Shown here one piece after another: positions 41,451 to 51,244 of a stretch of DNA of 64,000 bases. The notes beneath the pieces are model-generated. The model was not told where the DNA came from, made no database searches, and was given only the letters and a program-made list of their open reading frames with translations. The translations under genes and the position numbers were made by a program. Each line of letters opens with the position of its first letter. The first letter of the stretch is position 1. Source of the stretch: Promethearchaeota archaeon (GTDB lineage: Archaea > Asgardarchaeota > Lokiarchaeia > Sigyniarchaeales > SOKP01); assembly GCA_016839585.1 (NCBI GenBank), contig JAEOTZ010000058.1, positions 96,001 to 160,000 on the forward strand. The letters are read 5' to 3'.

Positions 41451-41615
41451 TTAATCTTTCCATGTATATTCAAGTTTACTCATATTATAAATCTGGGAAG
41501 GATCTTCCATTAATATTTTAGCTAAACACTTAGCACAATAATAAGATTCTTTTCTCCTGTCTTTAAAAAAACACATAAATAACCTTTGGTTTTGCAAACA
41601 ACCTTCGCACCTCAT
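41451..41615 (-). CDS. 54-aa CxxC...CxxC zinc-finger miniprotein (not in ORF track)
   Basis: MRCEGCLQNQRLFMCFFKDRRKESYYCAKCLAKILMEDPSQIYNMSKLEYTWKD*; GTGAG upstream; fills the gap between the HAD gene and tag. Confidence 0.7.
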   Translation of the reverse strand: MRCEGCLQNQRLFMCFFKDRRKESYYCAKCLAKILMEDPSQIYNMSKLEYTWKD

Positions 41616-41705
41616 TTTTCTATCTCACTAAAAATTATTACTAAAGAAATGAAAAATATTATTATTAAATTAAAAATAATTTTTCCTTCTATATCTTTTT
41701 CTGAA

Positions 41706-42344
41706 TCAATCTTTCGATTTAACCACCATTTTATTTATCTCATTATATCTAAAACAATCAACTACATGGTCGTTAACGATCCCAACTGCCTCCATAAAGC
41801 TATATATTATCGTAGGACCAACAAATTTAAAACCTCGTTTTTTTAAATCTTTACTCATGAGCTCAGATTGTTCAGTTTTCGAGGGCAGTTCTGATAACTC
41901 CTTGAATTTATTTATTATTGGTTTGTGATTAACAAATTTCCAAATATACTTATCAAATGATCCAAATTCCTTTTGCACTTCCAGAAACGCCCTAGCATTT
42001 GCTATTACAGCATTTACTTTTAATCGGTTTCTTATAATACCTTCATTATTCATTAGTTCTTCGATTTTCTGATTATTATATTGCGTAATTTTCTTTGCAT
42101 CAAAATTATCAAATGCTTTTCTGAAGTTCTCTCTTTTCTGTAAAATGGTGCTCCAACTTAATCCTGCTTGAGCTCCTTCTAATATTAAAAATTCAAAAAG
42201 AAGTCGATCATTATGAATAGGAGTTCCCCATTCAGTATCATGATATTTCTTCATAGCGGCACTATTAGCCCATCTACATCTAAATCTATCCACCATTGTA
42301 TTCATATTCTGTTCGTATAACATATATTTTTTATTATTCAACAA
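41706..42344 (-). CDS. tag: DNA-3-methyladenine glycosylase I (true start likely a downstream ATG)
   Basis: RCRWA, YHDTEWG, LEGAQAGLSW, IIRNRLK, GFKFVGPT, NDH...C. Confidence 0.95.
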   Translation of the reverse strand: MLNNKKYMLYEQNMNTMVDRFRCRWANSAAMKKYHDTEWGTPIHNDRLLFEFLILEGAQAGLSWSTILQKRENFRKAFDNFDAKKITQYNNQKIEELMNNEGIIRNRLKVNAVIANARAFLEVQKEFGSFDKYIWKFVNHKPIINKFKELSELPSKTEQSELMSKDLKKRGFKFVGPTIIYSFMEAVGIVNDHVVDCFRYNEINKMVVKSKD

Positions 42345-42429
42345 AAAAAAATTGGACTACAATTTTTATTAATTATAGAAAATATTGCTTTAATTAATAA
42401 TATAAAAAATTAATAAAAGGTGTGAACTT

Positions 42430-42891
42430 TTGACTAAAATTTGGATTGTTTATAATACTAAACATGGAAATTGTGGTAAATGGTGCGAAGAAGTAGAAAC
42501 AAAACTGCAAGAAAAATATGAGGTAAAAATAAATAGTGTAAAAGAGATTACTCCTAACGACGTAGCAAATGATCCACCTGATATGCTAATTGTTGGTGCT
42601 CGTATCGTAGTAGGAAGCCCTGATAAAAAGATTAAAGGTTTTGTAAAAAAACTTGGTGGACTTCTGAAGGAACCAATCCCAAAAGCAGCGATTCTTTATA
42701 CACATGGCTCTCCCTGGAATGAAACGTTCAATAAAATGGAAGCAATCTTAAAAGAAAACAATGTTGTAGATGATATTCTTCCAGAGATATTAGAAATAAA
42801 GATGGAAGGAATAAAGGGACCTGCTGAACCAGATCAAGATTATAAGGTAAGTAAATTTATCGATAATGTTTCTTACTTTGTTGAAAGGTAA
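42430..42891 (+). CDS. Flavodoxin-like protein
   Basis: IVYNTKHGNC FMN-loop-like motif, flavodoxin fold pattern. Confidence 0.7.
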   Translation: MTKIWIVYNTKHGNCGKWCEEVETKLQEKYEVKINSVKEITPNDVANDPPDMLIVGARIVVGSPDKKIKGFVKKLGGLLKEPIPKAAILYTHGSPWNETFNKMEAILKENNVVDDILPEILEIKMEGIKGPAEPDQDYKVSKFIDNVSYFVER

Positions 42892-42954
42892 ATAAATGTT
42901 GATTAAATACCTTGAAAATAAAGAAATATAAAAAATAGAATTAAATTTTTTTAT

Positions 42955-43863
42955 TTATTCTGTATGAGCTGAAATAATTAAATCAGCAAAAAGCTTCATA
43001 TCGTTTAATAATGTATTCAATTTATCTTGTGAATCTCTATCAAGTTCCTTACTTTTCATAACAAGCACAGAAATTATATACTTGAAAATATGTAGTTCAA
43101 CTTCCTTTCCATCCTCATTTCTACCATTAAAATCTGCAGAATCTGACATAAAAATATTTTCTCGAACTGCATTACAAGCATTAATGAAATCTCTTAAATC
43201 ACCTCGTAATGTTAATCCACTACTCACTCCTTGAACATTATGAACTATAACATTTCCTGAAATATCTGCAATTATAACTTTAGCTTTAATTTCGTCAAGT
43301 TGGGTTTCTGCTTTTTCTACATGAGACTTCAAATCAGCATAAGATGAGAGTAAAATGTCCCTAAATACCTTCGCTAATTCATCTTGTAAATATATACTTG
43401 TTAATTTATAGTCAAACTCATAATCTTTGAAAAGATCTAAAAACATATCTTTCGCTTTTTTAACATTCGTGTCAAGGAGCTCCTTCTGAAAATCTTGTGT
43501 ATCATATTTGTGAAGAAAGAGAAAAATTGTTGGTTTTTCATTACTTTTTCGATAAATATCTAATAATCCTATGAAATATTCCTTTGCTTGCTCAAAACTA
43601 TTAGGATCATGTAAATCTACGATAGGAATAAGAATATCTGTGCCTCGAAAAATTTCAGGTTTTTCCATGTATTCTTTTCGATATTGTTCTTGACCTCCAA
43701 AATCAAAAATGCCAACTTGTAAACCTAAGAACGGATGGCGTCTTGTTTCATATAATATAGTCGGAGACAGACCTTTTGTTTCTTCTGCGCTCTTTTCTGC
43801 AAATGCCACAGAATATAGGCTCGTTTTCCCACTCCCAGATAAACCGACTAATGAAATTTTCAA
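42955..43863 (-). CDS. Rag/Gtr1-like GTPase with C-terminal roadblock-like domain
   Basis: GLSGSGKTS, LSPT, FDFGGQE, FLHKYD (HKxD G4 typical of Rag), TSI; C-terminal VIIADISGNVI. Confidence 0.82.
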   Translation of the reverse strand: MKISLVGLSGSGKTSLYSVAFAEKSAEETKGLSPTILYETRRHPFLGLQVGIFDFGGQEQYRKEYMEKPEIFRGTDILIPIVDLHDPNSFEQAKEYFIGLLDIYRKSNEKPTIFLFLHKYDTQDFQKELLDTNVKKAKDMFLDLFKDYEFDYKLTSIYLQDELAKVFRDILLSSYADLKSHVEKAETQLDEIKAKVIIADISGNVIVHNVQGVSSGLTLRGDLRDFINACNAVRENIFMSDSADFNGRNEDGKEVELHIFKYIISVLVMKSKELDRDSQDKLNTLLNDMKLFADLIISAHTE

Positions 43864-43957
43864 CTTGGTTCAACCTTTTTTATTGTTTCTTTCTTTATTA
43901 ATAAATTTTATAATTTTTTATTTCATTTAACTTTTTTAAAAAAAATTGCATTTTTTT

Positions 43958-45445
43958 TTATTCCTTTGGTGTTATTTTAAGAGTTCTGTAAAAAATTTTT
44001 CCAAAGGCTTCTGTTGATGCCTCAACCAAAATATTTGCATTAATAGGTTCACCTTCTTCTACTTCTAAAGGATAACCTATATCGACAGTTTCATATGGAA
44101 ACATTTCCTTAATAGTAGTGATCCATGGTCTTTTTTCAAATACCTCTTCTACGGTTACAATTCTGATTTTCATGTTTTCTAATACAAACCCGATTGTGTT
44201 TGTTAGTGAGATATTCAATATTTTTTCTTCTTCATTTAAAATTTTTGAAACACTTAAGAATTTCCTTGGACCAAGAGGCTTAGCAACAGCAGGTTTTTCC
44301 TCCTCAGGACCCGTTCGAATCTTAGGTTCTTCTTTTTGTTCAGTATCTTTCACAATGAAGACCTTCCTTTTTTGTATAGTGTATTGAGAAACTTTTTTAA
44401 GTTTAGCTAAGAATAATACTGAGTTTAAATTAATAGTATCAAAGGGTTCTATTTTAAGGTAACCCTTCTCAGCAGCGTCTTGAATAATTTCAGTACCAAT
44501 CCCTGTTCTAGCAAATACTGTATTTTTATTTGGACCACTTCCGACTGATCCTACAGAAATATCAGCATTCTCAGCAGTTAAATCAGTACAAAAATTGCAA
44601 CTGGATGATTTAAACTTGTCTAATTCTTTAATTGTGTATGACTTAATTGGTTCTCCGTCTGCTTCATAATAAACATGAAATTTTCCCTTATTTATATTCA
44701 TTTTTTGTACTTTTTCTAAGGCAATTCCATCTTTCTCAAAATAAGGATATAGAGCTTCTGGAGCAAAGGAATCCATACAAAATAATCCAATCGTTAATAT
44801 ATGCGCCCGCATAAAGTATTTAAGCATTCCTGATGGAGAAATCATCATTTTGTTAACAGCATCGATATTACAAGGAGTACCAACAAAAGCAATAGATCTA
44901 TAATCTGCTCTTATAGCATCCATCAGAGCTTCAACAGTGTGAGAATGACTATAAATAGAACCCGATGCTTTTATTGCATCATCCTTGTTTGTAATAATTT
45001 GAGCAACTGGGTGCCATGGATTATTCTCATCTTTCATTGTGACAACAGCGGCATCAATCAAATGTTCATCAAAAAGATAACAAAGAAGCGAAGTGACAGT
45101 TCCTCCATCCTGTCCTCCAATTACCTCGGGAATATTTGTATTTGCCACATAGCCTGTCTTGAAATCTCCCATTAACTGAATGGGATCTGTGATGGTTCTA
45201 GGACATTGGTTATAACATATCCCACAACCTGTGCATTTTCCTATTAGTTTTGGCTGTGCTGCTAGATGATCCCATTCTAGAACAGGGCAAACAGCTGCAC
45301 AAGTGCCACATTCAGTGCAGATACCCGTTCTAATTATCTCGCGCGTGAGCATTCCAAAGCTATCCTTTTTTCCTTCTAATTTCTTTTGAATATAATCGAA
45401 GGAATAATCGTATTTGGATTTATCTTCTATTTTTTCTTTACTCAT
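43958..45445 (-). CDS. FrhB/FdhB-family F420-binding subunit with N-terminal ferredoxin and extra C-terminal domain
   Basis: CTECGTCAAVCP, QDGGTVT, VGTPC, IGLFCM, CNFCTD...DISVGSVG. Confidence 0.9.
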   Translation of the reverse strand: MSKEKIEDKSKYDYSFDYIQKKLEGKKDSFGMLTREIIRTGICTECGTCAAVCPVLEWDHLAAQPKLIGKCTGCGICYNQCPRTITDPIQLMGDFKTGYVANTNIPEVIGGQDGGTVTSLLCYLFDEHLIDAAVVTMKDENNPWHPVAQIITNKDDAIKASGSIYSHSHTVEALMDAIRADYRSIAFVGTPCNIDAVNKMMISPSGMLKYFMRAHILTIGLFCMDSFAPEALYPYFEKDGIALEKVQKMNINKGKFHVYYEADGEPIKSYTIKELDKFKSSSCNFCTDLTAENADISVGSVGSGPNKNTVFARTGIGTEIIQDAAEKGYLKIEPFDTINLNSVLFLAKLKKVSQYTIQKRKVFIVKDTEQKEEPKIRTGPEEEKPAVAKPLGPRKFLSVSKILNEEEKILNISLTNTIGFVLENMKIRIVTVEEVFEKRPWITTIKEMFPYETVDIGYPLEVEEGEPINANILVEASTEAFGKIFYRTLKITPKE

Positions 45446-45624
45446 CTTCTTATTGCCATCAATAACTCTGAATTATATTATTTGATTAAAACCTTATTTA
45501 AAATAAATGGATTAAAAAAAATAAAGATTATTAAACAAATAGAAAATTAATTACTCCTCATTACTTATTTCTGATAATTTTTAACCTTTTTTACCATAGA
45601 TATTTCTCTATCGTTTTAAAAAGC

Positions 45625-47238
45625 TTATGATGAATTTTCTAATTCTTGGCTTTCTTCAAGTTTTTCTTCAATTTTTTTGATTGCATTTGAGGCATGAATT
45701 CTCACTATCCTATGAAAATCATTCACTCGTTTTAATAATGCACTTAACGCAGGTTCCTCACCAAAAGTTTCTAAAAATTTTATCAAACTCAATTTGACTT
45801 TAAAATTTTCATCTTCTTTATTTTTTAAATATTCTGTTAATATCGCAATATCTTTATTAAGCAATCTATTTAATTTATTGTTATCATCTTTCACTTTATA
45901 CCAATTTTTTTGAAAAATATGATAAATTGCGTCAGTAGCAACCTTCTTAATTAACCAATATGCATCAATATCATCTAATATTTCTATAAGATGTTCCAAT
46001 GGTTCAATACTTCCGATTTTTCCGAGAGCGATAATAGTATTTTTCTTAACATCAAGATTTCTTATCTTTAATAAATTAATCAAAGGTGTAACAAATTCAG
46101 CTTTCCCAATTTCTCCTAAAATAATTGGTATATTTTCCTTAATTGCTATATTATCAGAGTTTAAATGTGAATACAAATAATCATAAGATGCCTTGCTATT
46201 GCTTATATAGATTTTTTTAATGGCTTCTATAATAAACCATTTTAGATCTAAATCGGTATATTCAAAACTAATATCCTCGATGTTTAATATATCCAAAAGC
46301 TCTGGAACAGCGGCTATATTCCCGATTTCCCCTAATGCTACGATTGATGCTATAGTTACTTCACTATAGATATCATCCAAATTTGATGTCAGAAAATCTA
46401 CAGCTTCATTTAATTTCAACTTCCCAGATAAAAATATCGCATTTTTTTTAACAATAAAATCATCAATTAATAGTAATTTGATTAAATCATTGTTTACCTC
46501 GTTTCCTAAGATTTTAAAAATTGTAATAACGCACTCCATTAATTCTGAGTCTTCTTGATTTAAAATCAGGGTAACAATATCTAATATTAATGCTTTATTT
46601 TGGATTAATTCATCCACAATTTCAGGATATTTTGCTTTCAAATAGCTTAAATCTTTAAAAGATACATTAATGCTTGATAAATCATGTCCAATTAGCTTTA
46701 AAATCTCAATTTTATGTTCTTCTGAATACTTCTTTTTTCTTAAAGATGTTACTAGCCGATTTATTAACAGTTCTGGAGTAAGACTTAATAGTTCATCTTT
46801 TACAAATTGTTTAATAGAAGTATATCTACTATCTAACTCATTAATGAATAGTTGAATTTCAGGTTCTTCAAATTTGATTCTTTTAATAGCTTTTAGGACC
46901 GATAATTTAACATTATAATCCACAGGGTCTTGTTCTAATACCCACATTAATGGTTTCAAGCCTTTTTCATAATTAATTTTACCTATAGCTTTTGCTGCTT
47001 CACGTTTAATTTCAACCCCTTCTTCAGTAATTAAAAGGTTTTCGAAGATATCGAAACATGCTTTTTTCAATGATGTTGATTCCATGCAAATTAATCCTAA
47101 GTATTTAATTGCTTCTTGTCTTATATTATCGCTCTTATTTGATTCGATAATTTCTGACAGCAAGTTTTTAGTATTGTCTAATCCAAATTCTTCACGTTTC
47201 TTATATATTTCCAGAGGTTGAATATTGAGTTTTGACAT
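45625..47238 (-). CDS. HEAT/PBS-lyase repeat protein
   Basis: Repeated ALGEIG/ALGKIG/AIGKI units. Confidence 0.85.
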   Translation of the reverse strand: MSKLNIQPLEIYKKREEFGLDNTKNLLSEIIESNKSDNIRQEAIKYLGLICMESTSLKKACFDIFENLLITEEGVEIKREAAKAIGKINYEKGLKPLMWVLEQDPVDYNVKLSVLKAIKRIKFEEPEIQLFINELDSRYTSIKQFVKDELLSLTPELLINRLVTSLRKKKYSEEHKIEILKLIGHDLSSINVSFKDLSYLKAKYPEIVDELIQNKALILDIVTLILNQEDSELMECVITIFKILGNEVNNDLIKLLLIDDFIVKKNAIFLSGKLKLNEAVDFLTSNLDDIYSEVTIASIVALGEIGNIAAVPELLDILNIEDISFEYTDLDLKWFIIEAIKKIYISNSKASYDYLYSHLNSDNIAIKENIPIILGEIGKAEFVTPLINLLKIRNLDVKKNTIIALGKIGSIEPLEHLIEILDDIDAYWLIKKVATDAIYHIFQKNWYKVKDDNNKLNRLLNKDIAILTEYLKNKEDENFKVKLSLIKFLETFGEEPALSALLKRVNDFHRIVRIHASNAIKKIEEKLEESQELENSS

Positions 47239-47390
47239 TAAAAAAGACTTTCTATTTTAAAAATTCACTTTATTTAATTATTATCAAGATAAAACATTCC
47301 TTTATAAAAATATTTTCCAGTAGCTATTTTTGTGAATAATTATCAATAATTATAAGAATAGTAGTTATGTAAATATGATAAATTAACTTG

Positions 47391-47825
47391 CTAATCGCTA
47401 ACTTGTTTATTCTCTTTTAGTTTTAATATTATTAAAGCATAAATGTCAGTTATTATTAAAGAACTAGATAAAACAATTAATGTGTTTATGAAAAATAAAT
47501 GTAACTTAAGAAAAATAGTATATATTCCTATTAAGCCTCCTAAATAGAAGAAAAGTATGTCCGTAAAAGAATTAATTTTAGTATCTCTTCTATGGTCATA
47601 TTTAAGCTTTATTTCATAGAGAATAAAATTCTCTATCGTTTCCCAAAGTATTGCTGCGAGAAAATTCAGCCCAAAATAGGAGGGATTAAAAGAGATTCCA
47701 AAAAATAGATAGAACGCGCTATAGTACGCTAAAAAAATTAGATAACCCAAAGTTATATGAATAAAACTAAAGAAATCAATAGCAGAAATCCCAACATCTT
47801 CCTTACATCTAGCTATTATATTCAT
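47391..47825 (-). CDS. Small membrane protein (H..G / WE..EN / NS..D motif, DUF2585-like)
   Basis: Hydrophobic helices; FIHITLG, LWETIEN, DTKINSFTD. Confidence 0.55.
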   Translation of the reverse strand: MNIIARCKEDVGISAIDFFSFIHITLGYLIFLAYYSAFYLFFGISFNPSYFGLNFLAAILWETIENFILYEIKLKYDHRRDTKINSFTDILFFYLGGLIGIYTIFLKLHLFFINTLIVLSSSLIITDIYALIILKLKENKQVSD

Positions 47826-47881
47826 ATTTAATATTATATGTAATTTTATCTATATCTATAAAAAAAAGGTTTGAATATTAT

Positions 47882-48532
47882 TTATGAAGTAGGAAGTGAA
47901 GCCCCCGATGGAAGAGAATAACCATGTACCTCCGCCCCTTGGAGTAAATACCCAAAACCGATAAGAAGACTACTTAAAAGAAAACCTAGTCCCAAACAAT
48001 ATCCAAAATTATGGAAGAAGTAGTCTCTAAAATTAATATCATGGCTACTAGTTGTGATTGCCCCTCCAGCCATAGTAACTATTGTAGTGCATATCAAAGT
48101 TAATATACTAATACCTATAGTCCAACCGACTAAAGAGTTATTATATTGGGTTTTTGAAGAGGGCATGTGTGTGTATATTAAGTAAATTGCTGGAAAGATG
48201 AATATGAGCGCTAAAAATAAGTGTAAAAAAATATAAATTATAGTTACTAAATCCATCCATGGTATAGGATTATCAATTAAGATAATACCATGAATCCACA
48301 TTGGTACCATGAAGATTATTCCATTGATAATTAACATGATTCCTTTATTTCTGTAAGAAAGTCCAGACATAAGAAGCCCATACCCAATAGGAGGTAAAAA
48401 AAGCAGAATGTAAGCCAGAGGGGAAATCATAGCAATATGACCAAGTCCCATAGATAATAAGAGAGAACCGGTCCCTACTGCTAAAAAAATAGCACCTAAT
48501 TTAATTTTTAGATCATCTTTCATATCAATCAC
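47882..48532 (-). CDS. Multi-pass membrane protein of unknown function
   Basis: About 6 hydrophobic segments. Confidence 0.6.
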   Translation of the reverse strand: MIDMKDDLKIKLGAIFLAVGTGSLLLSMGLGHIAMISPLAYILLFLPPIGYGLLMSGLSYRNKGIMLIINGIIFMVPMWIHGIILIDNPIPWMDLVTIIYIFLHLFLALIFIFPAIYLIYTHMPSSKTQYNNSLVGWTIGISILTLICTTIVTMAGGAITTSSHDINFRDYFFHNFGYCLGLGFLLSSLLIGFGYLLQGAEVHGYSLPSGASLPTS

Positions 48533-48642
48533 TATTTTTAAAAAGCAAGTGGATTATTCTAAATATGTGTAAAAAATATATTTAAGATTTATGGATTAAA
48601 TCGAAGATGTAAGATTTTCATTAATTTTAAAAAAGATAGATA

Positions 48643-49374
48643 ATGAAAATCATTATGTCAATTCGCCAGTTTATTAATAAGATTAGAGCTAAATTTTACA
48701 ATAAAGTAACTAATTATAACTTTATTAAGAAAAGTTCTATTATCGTAATAGCAGTATATCTTATACTTCTTCTAATTGCCGTTATCATAGCAGTGATATG
48801 GGGTCCATATGGATATACTATTTGGACCCGTATGATTTCAGATTTAGGAGGAAGTAGATATACTCCTGTACCAATCCTATTTGATATCGCATGCATATTT
48901 GCTGGAATCATGACTATCCCCTTAACATTCTACATTGAAAATTTATTTGCGCCATTACCAAAAAGAAAAAATTTACAAGAACAGCACTTTTCACGCATGA
49001 GGTTTAGATTAGGGAGTAATGCATTTTTCTTTAGCTTGATGGGAAACTTAGGTTATATTTTTGTGGGGATTTTTAGCGAAGATCGGAATCACCCATTATT
49101 AGATTTCGCTAGTTATCATGATGTATTCTCCTTTTTCTCATTCACAGGATTTGCATTAGGAGCCTTCTTTATTGGATGGATTATTGTACTTTATGATACT
49201 AAAATATCAAAATTATTTGGAATTTATGGGATAATAGGACCTCCCATTATGCTATTTGCCTTCCTTTTTACGATGGAAGCATTATGGGAATGGATTTTAT
49301 TATTCTCGATTCTTTTGTGGATAATACCACTTGTATTTATGATACTTCGAAAATCAGAATTAAGACCAAAATAA
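48643..49374 (+). CDS. DUF998-like membrane protein
   Basis: GYTIW...ISDLG, VGIFSEDR, H in TM; 6 TM helices. Confidence 0.7.
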   Translation: MKIIMSIRQFINKIRAKFYNKVTNYNFIKKSSIIVIAVYLILLLIAVIIAVIWGPYGYTIWTRMISDLGGSRYTPVPILFDIACIFAGIMTIPLTFYIENLFAPLPKRKNLQEQHFSRMRFRLGSNAFFFSLMGNLGYIFVGIFSEDRNHPLLDFASYHDVFSFFSFTGFALGAFFIGWIIVLYDTKISKLFGIYGIIGPPIMLFAFLFTMEALWEWILLFSILLWIIPLVFMILRKSELRPK

Positions 49375-49468
49375 AAAATACTTTTTTTTCCCCCTGAAAA
49401 GTAAAAATCGCTAAAATATAATTATATTTATATTCGCTTAAGTCAACTATAATTAATAAAAATAGAAA

Positions 49469-50203
49469 ATGAACACTATTATGACAGTACGCGAATCAAT
49501 AAATAAAATAAGAGCAAAATTATACAATTTTGCGACAAGCTTTAATGTTGTGAAACTCAGTGCTATGATCGTTATGGTAGGATATATTTTGTTGCTTATA
49601 ATAGGAGTTTTCATAGCAGCATTCCTTGATCCAGACGGATATACTATTTGGGATAACTGGATTTCTGATCTTGGATCATCCAATCATACCCCAGCTCCAT
49701 TTTTATATGATATTGCTTGTATCATAGCAGGATCTATGACTATTCCACTTACATATTTTATGGAACAATTACTTGCTCCATTACCTAAGAGAAATGAGTT
49801 GGGAGAACGATATTACTCTCGATTACGTTTTCGACTGAGTAGTTTTGCCTTCTTATTTAGTATTATCGGGAATTTCGGCTATATTGGGGTAGGTATCTTT
49901 AGTGCAGATCGAGATTACGATTTCTTATCGGTTTTAGGACAAGGACCCCACGGTATTATGTCATATCTCGCTTTTGGTGGATTTACATTTGCGGCGTTTT
50001 TTATGGGCTGGTTAATAGTGTTATATAAAACTAAGATTCCAAAAATTCTGGGAATCTATGGGATATTTGGGCCATTAATTGTTGCTATTCTGAATCTCAT
50101 AGATAGCACTCCATTATTAGAATGGATGCTACTCTTCTCAATACTTCTCTGGATAATCCCTTTATCTTTAACAGTATTCTTGAAATCAGAATTAGCGCCT
50201 TAA
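49469..50203 (+). CDS. DUF998-like membrane protein (tandem paralogue)
   Basis: Collinear similarity with 48643-49374 (GYTIW..ISDLG, APLPKR, RFRL, GIYGI.GP). Confidence 0.7.
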   Translation: MNTIMTVRESINKIRAKLYNFATSFNVVKLSAMIVMVGYILLLIIGVFIAAFLDPDGYTIWDNWISDLGSSNHTPAPFLYDIACIIAGSMTIPLTYFMEQLLAPLPKRNELGERYYSRLRFRLSSFAFLFSIIGNFGYIGVGIFSADRDYDFLSVLGQGPHGIMSYLAFGGFTFAAFFMGWLIVLYKTKIPKILGIYGIFGPLIVAILNLIDSTPLLEWMLLFSILLWIIPLSLTVFLKSELAP

Positions 50204-50318
50204 TAGCATAAATTAGTAAGTTCTCATTTTTTTTATTTTTCTTATGTCTTTACTCTTAGCATCAATTTAGATATCTATAACTCTAATTTATTAAATATAC
50301 TCCAACGATTTTTAATTG

Positions 50319-50424
50319 ATGATAAAGTACATCAAATTTCTGTCCTTATTGTGGAAAACCTTTAGAAAAGGGCGCTAAATTTTGTATTGATTGTGGTCAA
50401 CTTTTTGTAATTCCATTACTTTAA
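50319..50424 (+). pseudogene. Zinc-ribbon remnant or frameshifted miniprotein
   Basis: CPYCGKPLEKGAKFCIDCGQ encoded from 50341, but in-frame TAA at 50323 and no in-frame start; ATG at 50319 is one base out of frame. Confidence 0.45.
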
Positions 50425-50440
50425 ACTTATATTAATTATA

Positions 50441-50471
50441 ATATTAGACTAGATATATCTATGATAGATAT
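50441..50471. promoter_or_regulatory. Palindromic operator candidate upstream of padR-like gene
   Basis: TAGATATATCTA perfect palindrome (50450-50461) overlapping ATATCTA-tga-TAGATAT. Confidence 0.55.
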
Positions 50472-50496
50472 AATATACTCAAAATATTGATTATAA

Positions 50497-51066
50497 ATGA
50501 GTCAAGAGAAGATAGATAAGATTGCTGATGCGATAGAACAATCAATGAAAAAAGGACATATCAGTACTCTAATATTGTTAGCATTAGAAAAAGGTCCCTC
50601 TCATGGCTATAATTTAATGCAAGTAATAAGTGATGGAACATATGGAGTTTGGAATCCGACAGCATCTTCTCTATATCCTCATCTTGCATCATTGACGGAA
50701 AAGGGCTTAATTAAATTTACATCTGAAATGGATGGGAAAAGAGAAAGAAAAGTTTATGAGATTACACCAAAAGGAAGAAGGACATTGAAAAAATTAATTG
50801 AAAAGCAGCAAAATATGCGTAAATCTCTTCTTTCAATGATACTATCTACAATGGGAATTACAGATGATACTATCCCTAACGAGTTTGAAAACTTATTTGG
50901 ACCGGATATAATAGATGATCAAAGTTTGATTGATAAAAGTACTGAAGATAAACTAGAAATCCTTAAAAAACGAAAAGCAGTATTATCAAGTATAATTGAG
51001 AAATTACATAATGTTGTAGGTGAAATTGATTTAAGGATCCAAGATCTAGAAAGATCCAATCCTTAA
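50497..51066 (+). CDS. PadR-family transcriptional regulator
   Basis: ILLAL..GPSHGY, SLYPHL..L..KGLI, RKVYEITPKG. Confidence 0.92.
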   Translation: MSQEKIDKIADAIEQSMKKGHISTLILLALEKGPSHGYNLMQVISDGTYGVWNPTASSLYPHLASLTEKGLIKFTSEMDGKRERKVYEITPKGRRTLKKLIEKQQNMRKSLLSMILSTMGITDDTIPNEFENLFGPDIIDDQSLIDKSTEDKLEILKKRKAVLSSIIEKLHNVVGEIDLRIQDLERSNP

Positions 51067-51169
51067 ATTACCTATTTCTTTTGAAAATTGTTCCTTCTAA
51101 AATGACCCTTTTTAGCTTTAATCCTTGCTTTATGAGTTGGAGCATAAAATTTATATGTCCAAAAAACAT

Positions 51170-51192
51170 ATATTAGATAACGATATATCTAA
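51170..51192. promoter_or_regulatory. Second copy of the operator-like motif upstream of the epimerase gene
   Basis: ATATTAGA-taac-GATATATCTA, versus ATATTAGA-cta-GATATATCTA at 50441. Confidence 0.5.
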
Positions 51193-51244
51193 CTTTTATA
51201 TATATAAATAAAATATTATTTAAATTCTGTTGGAGGAGACATAT

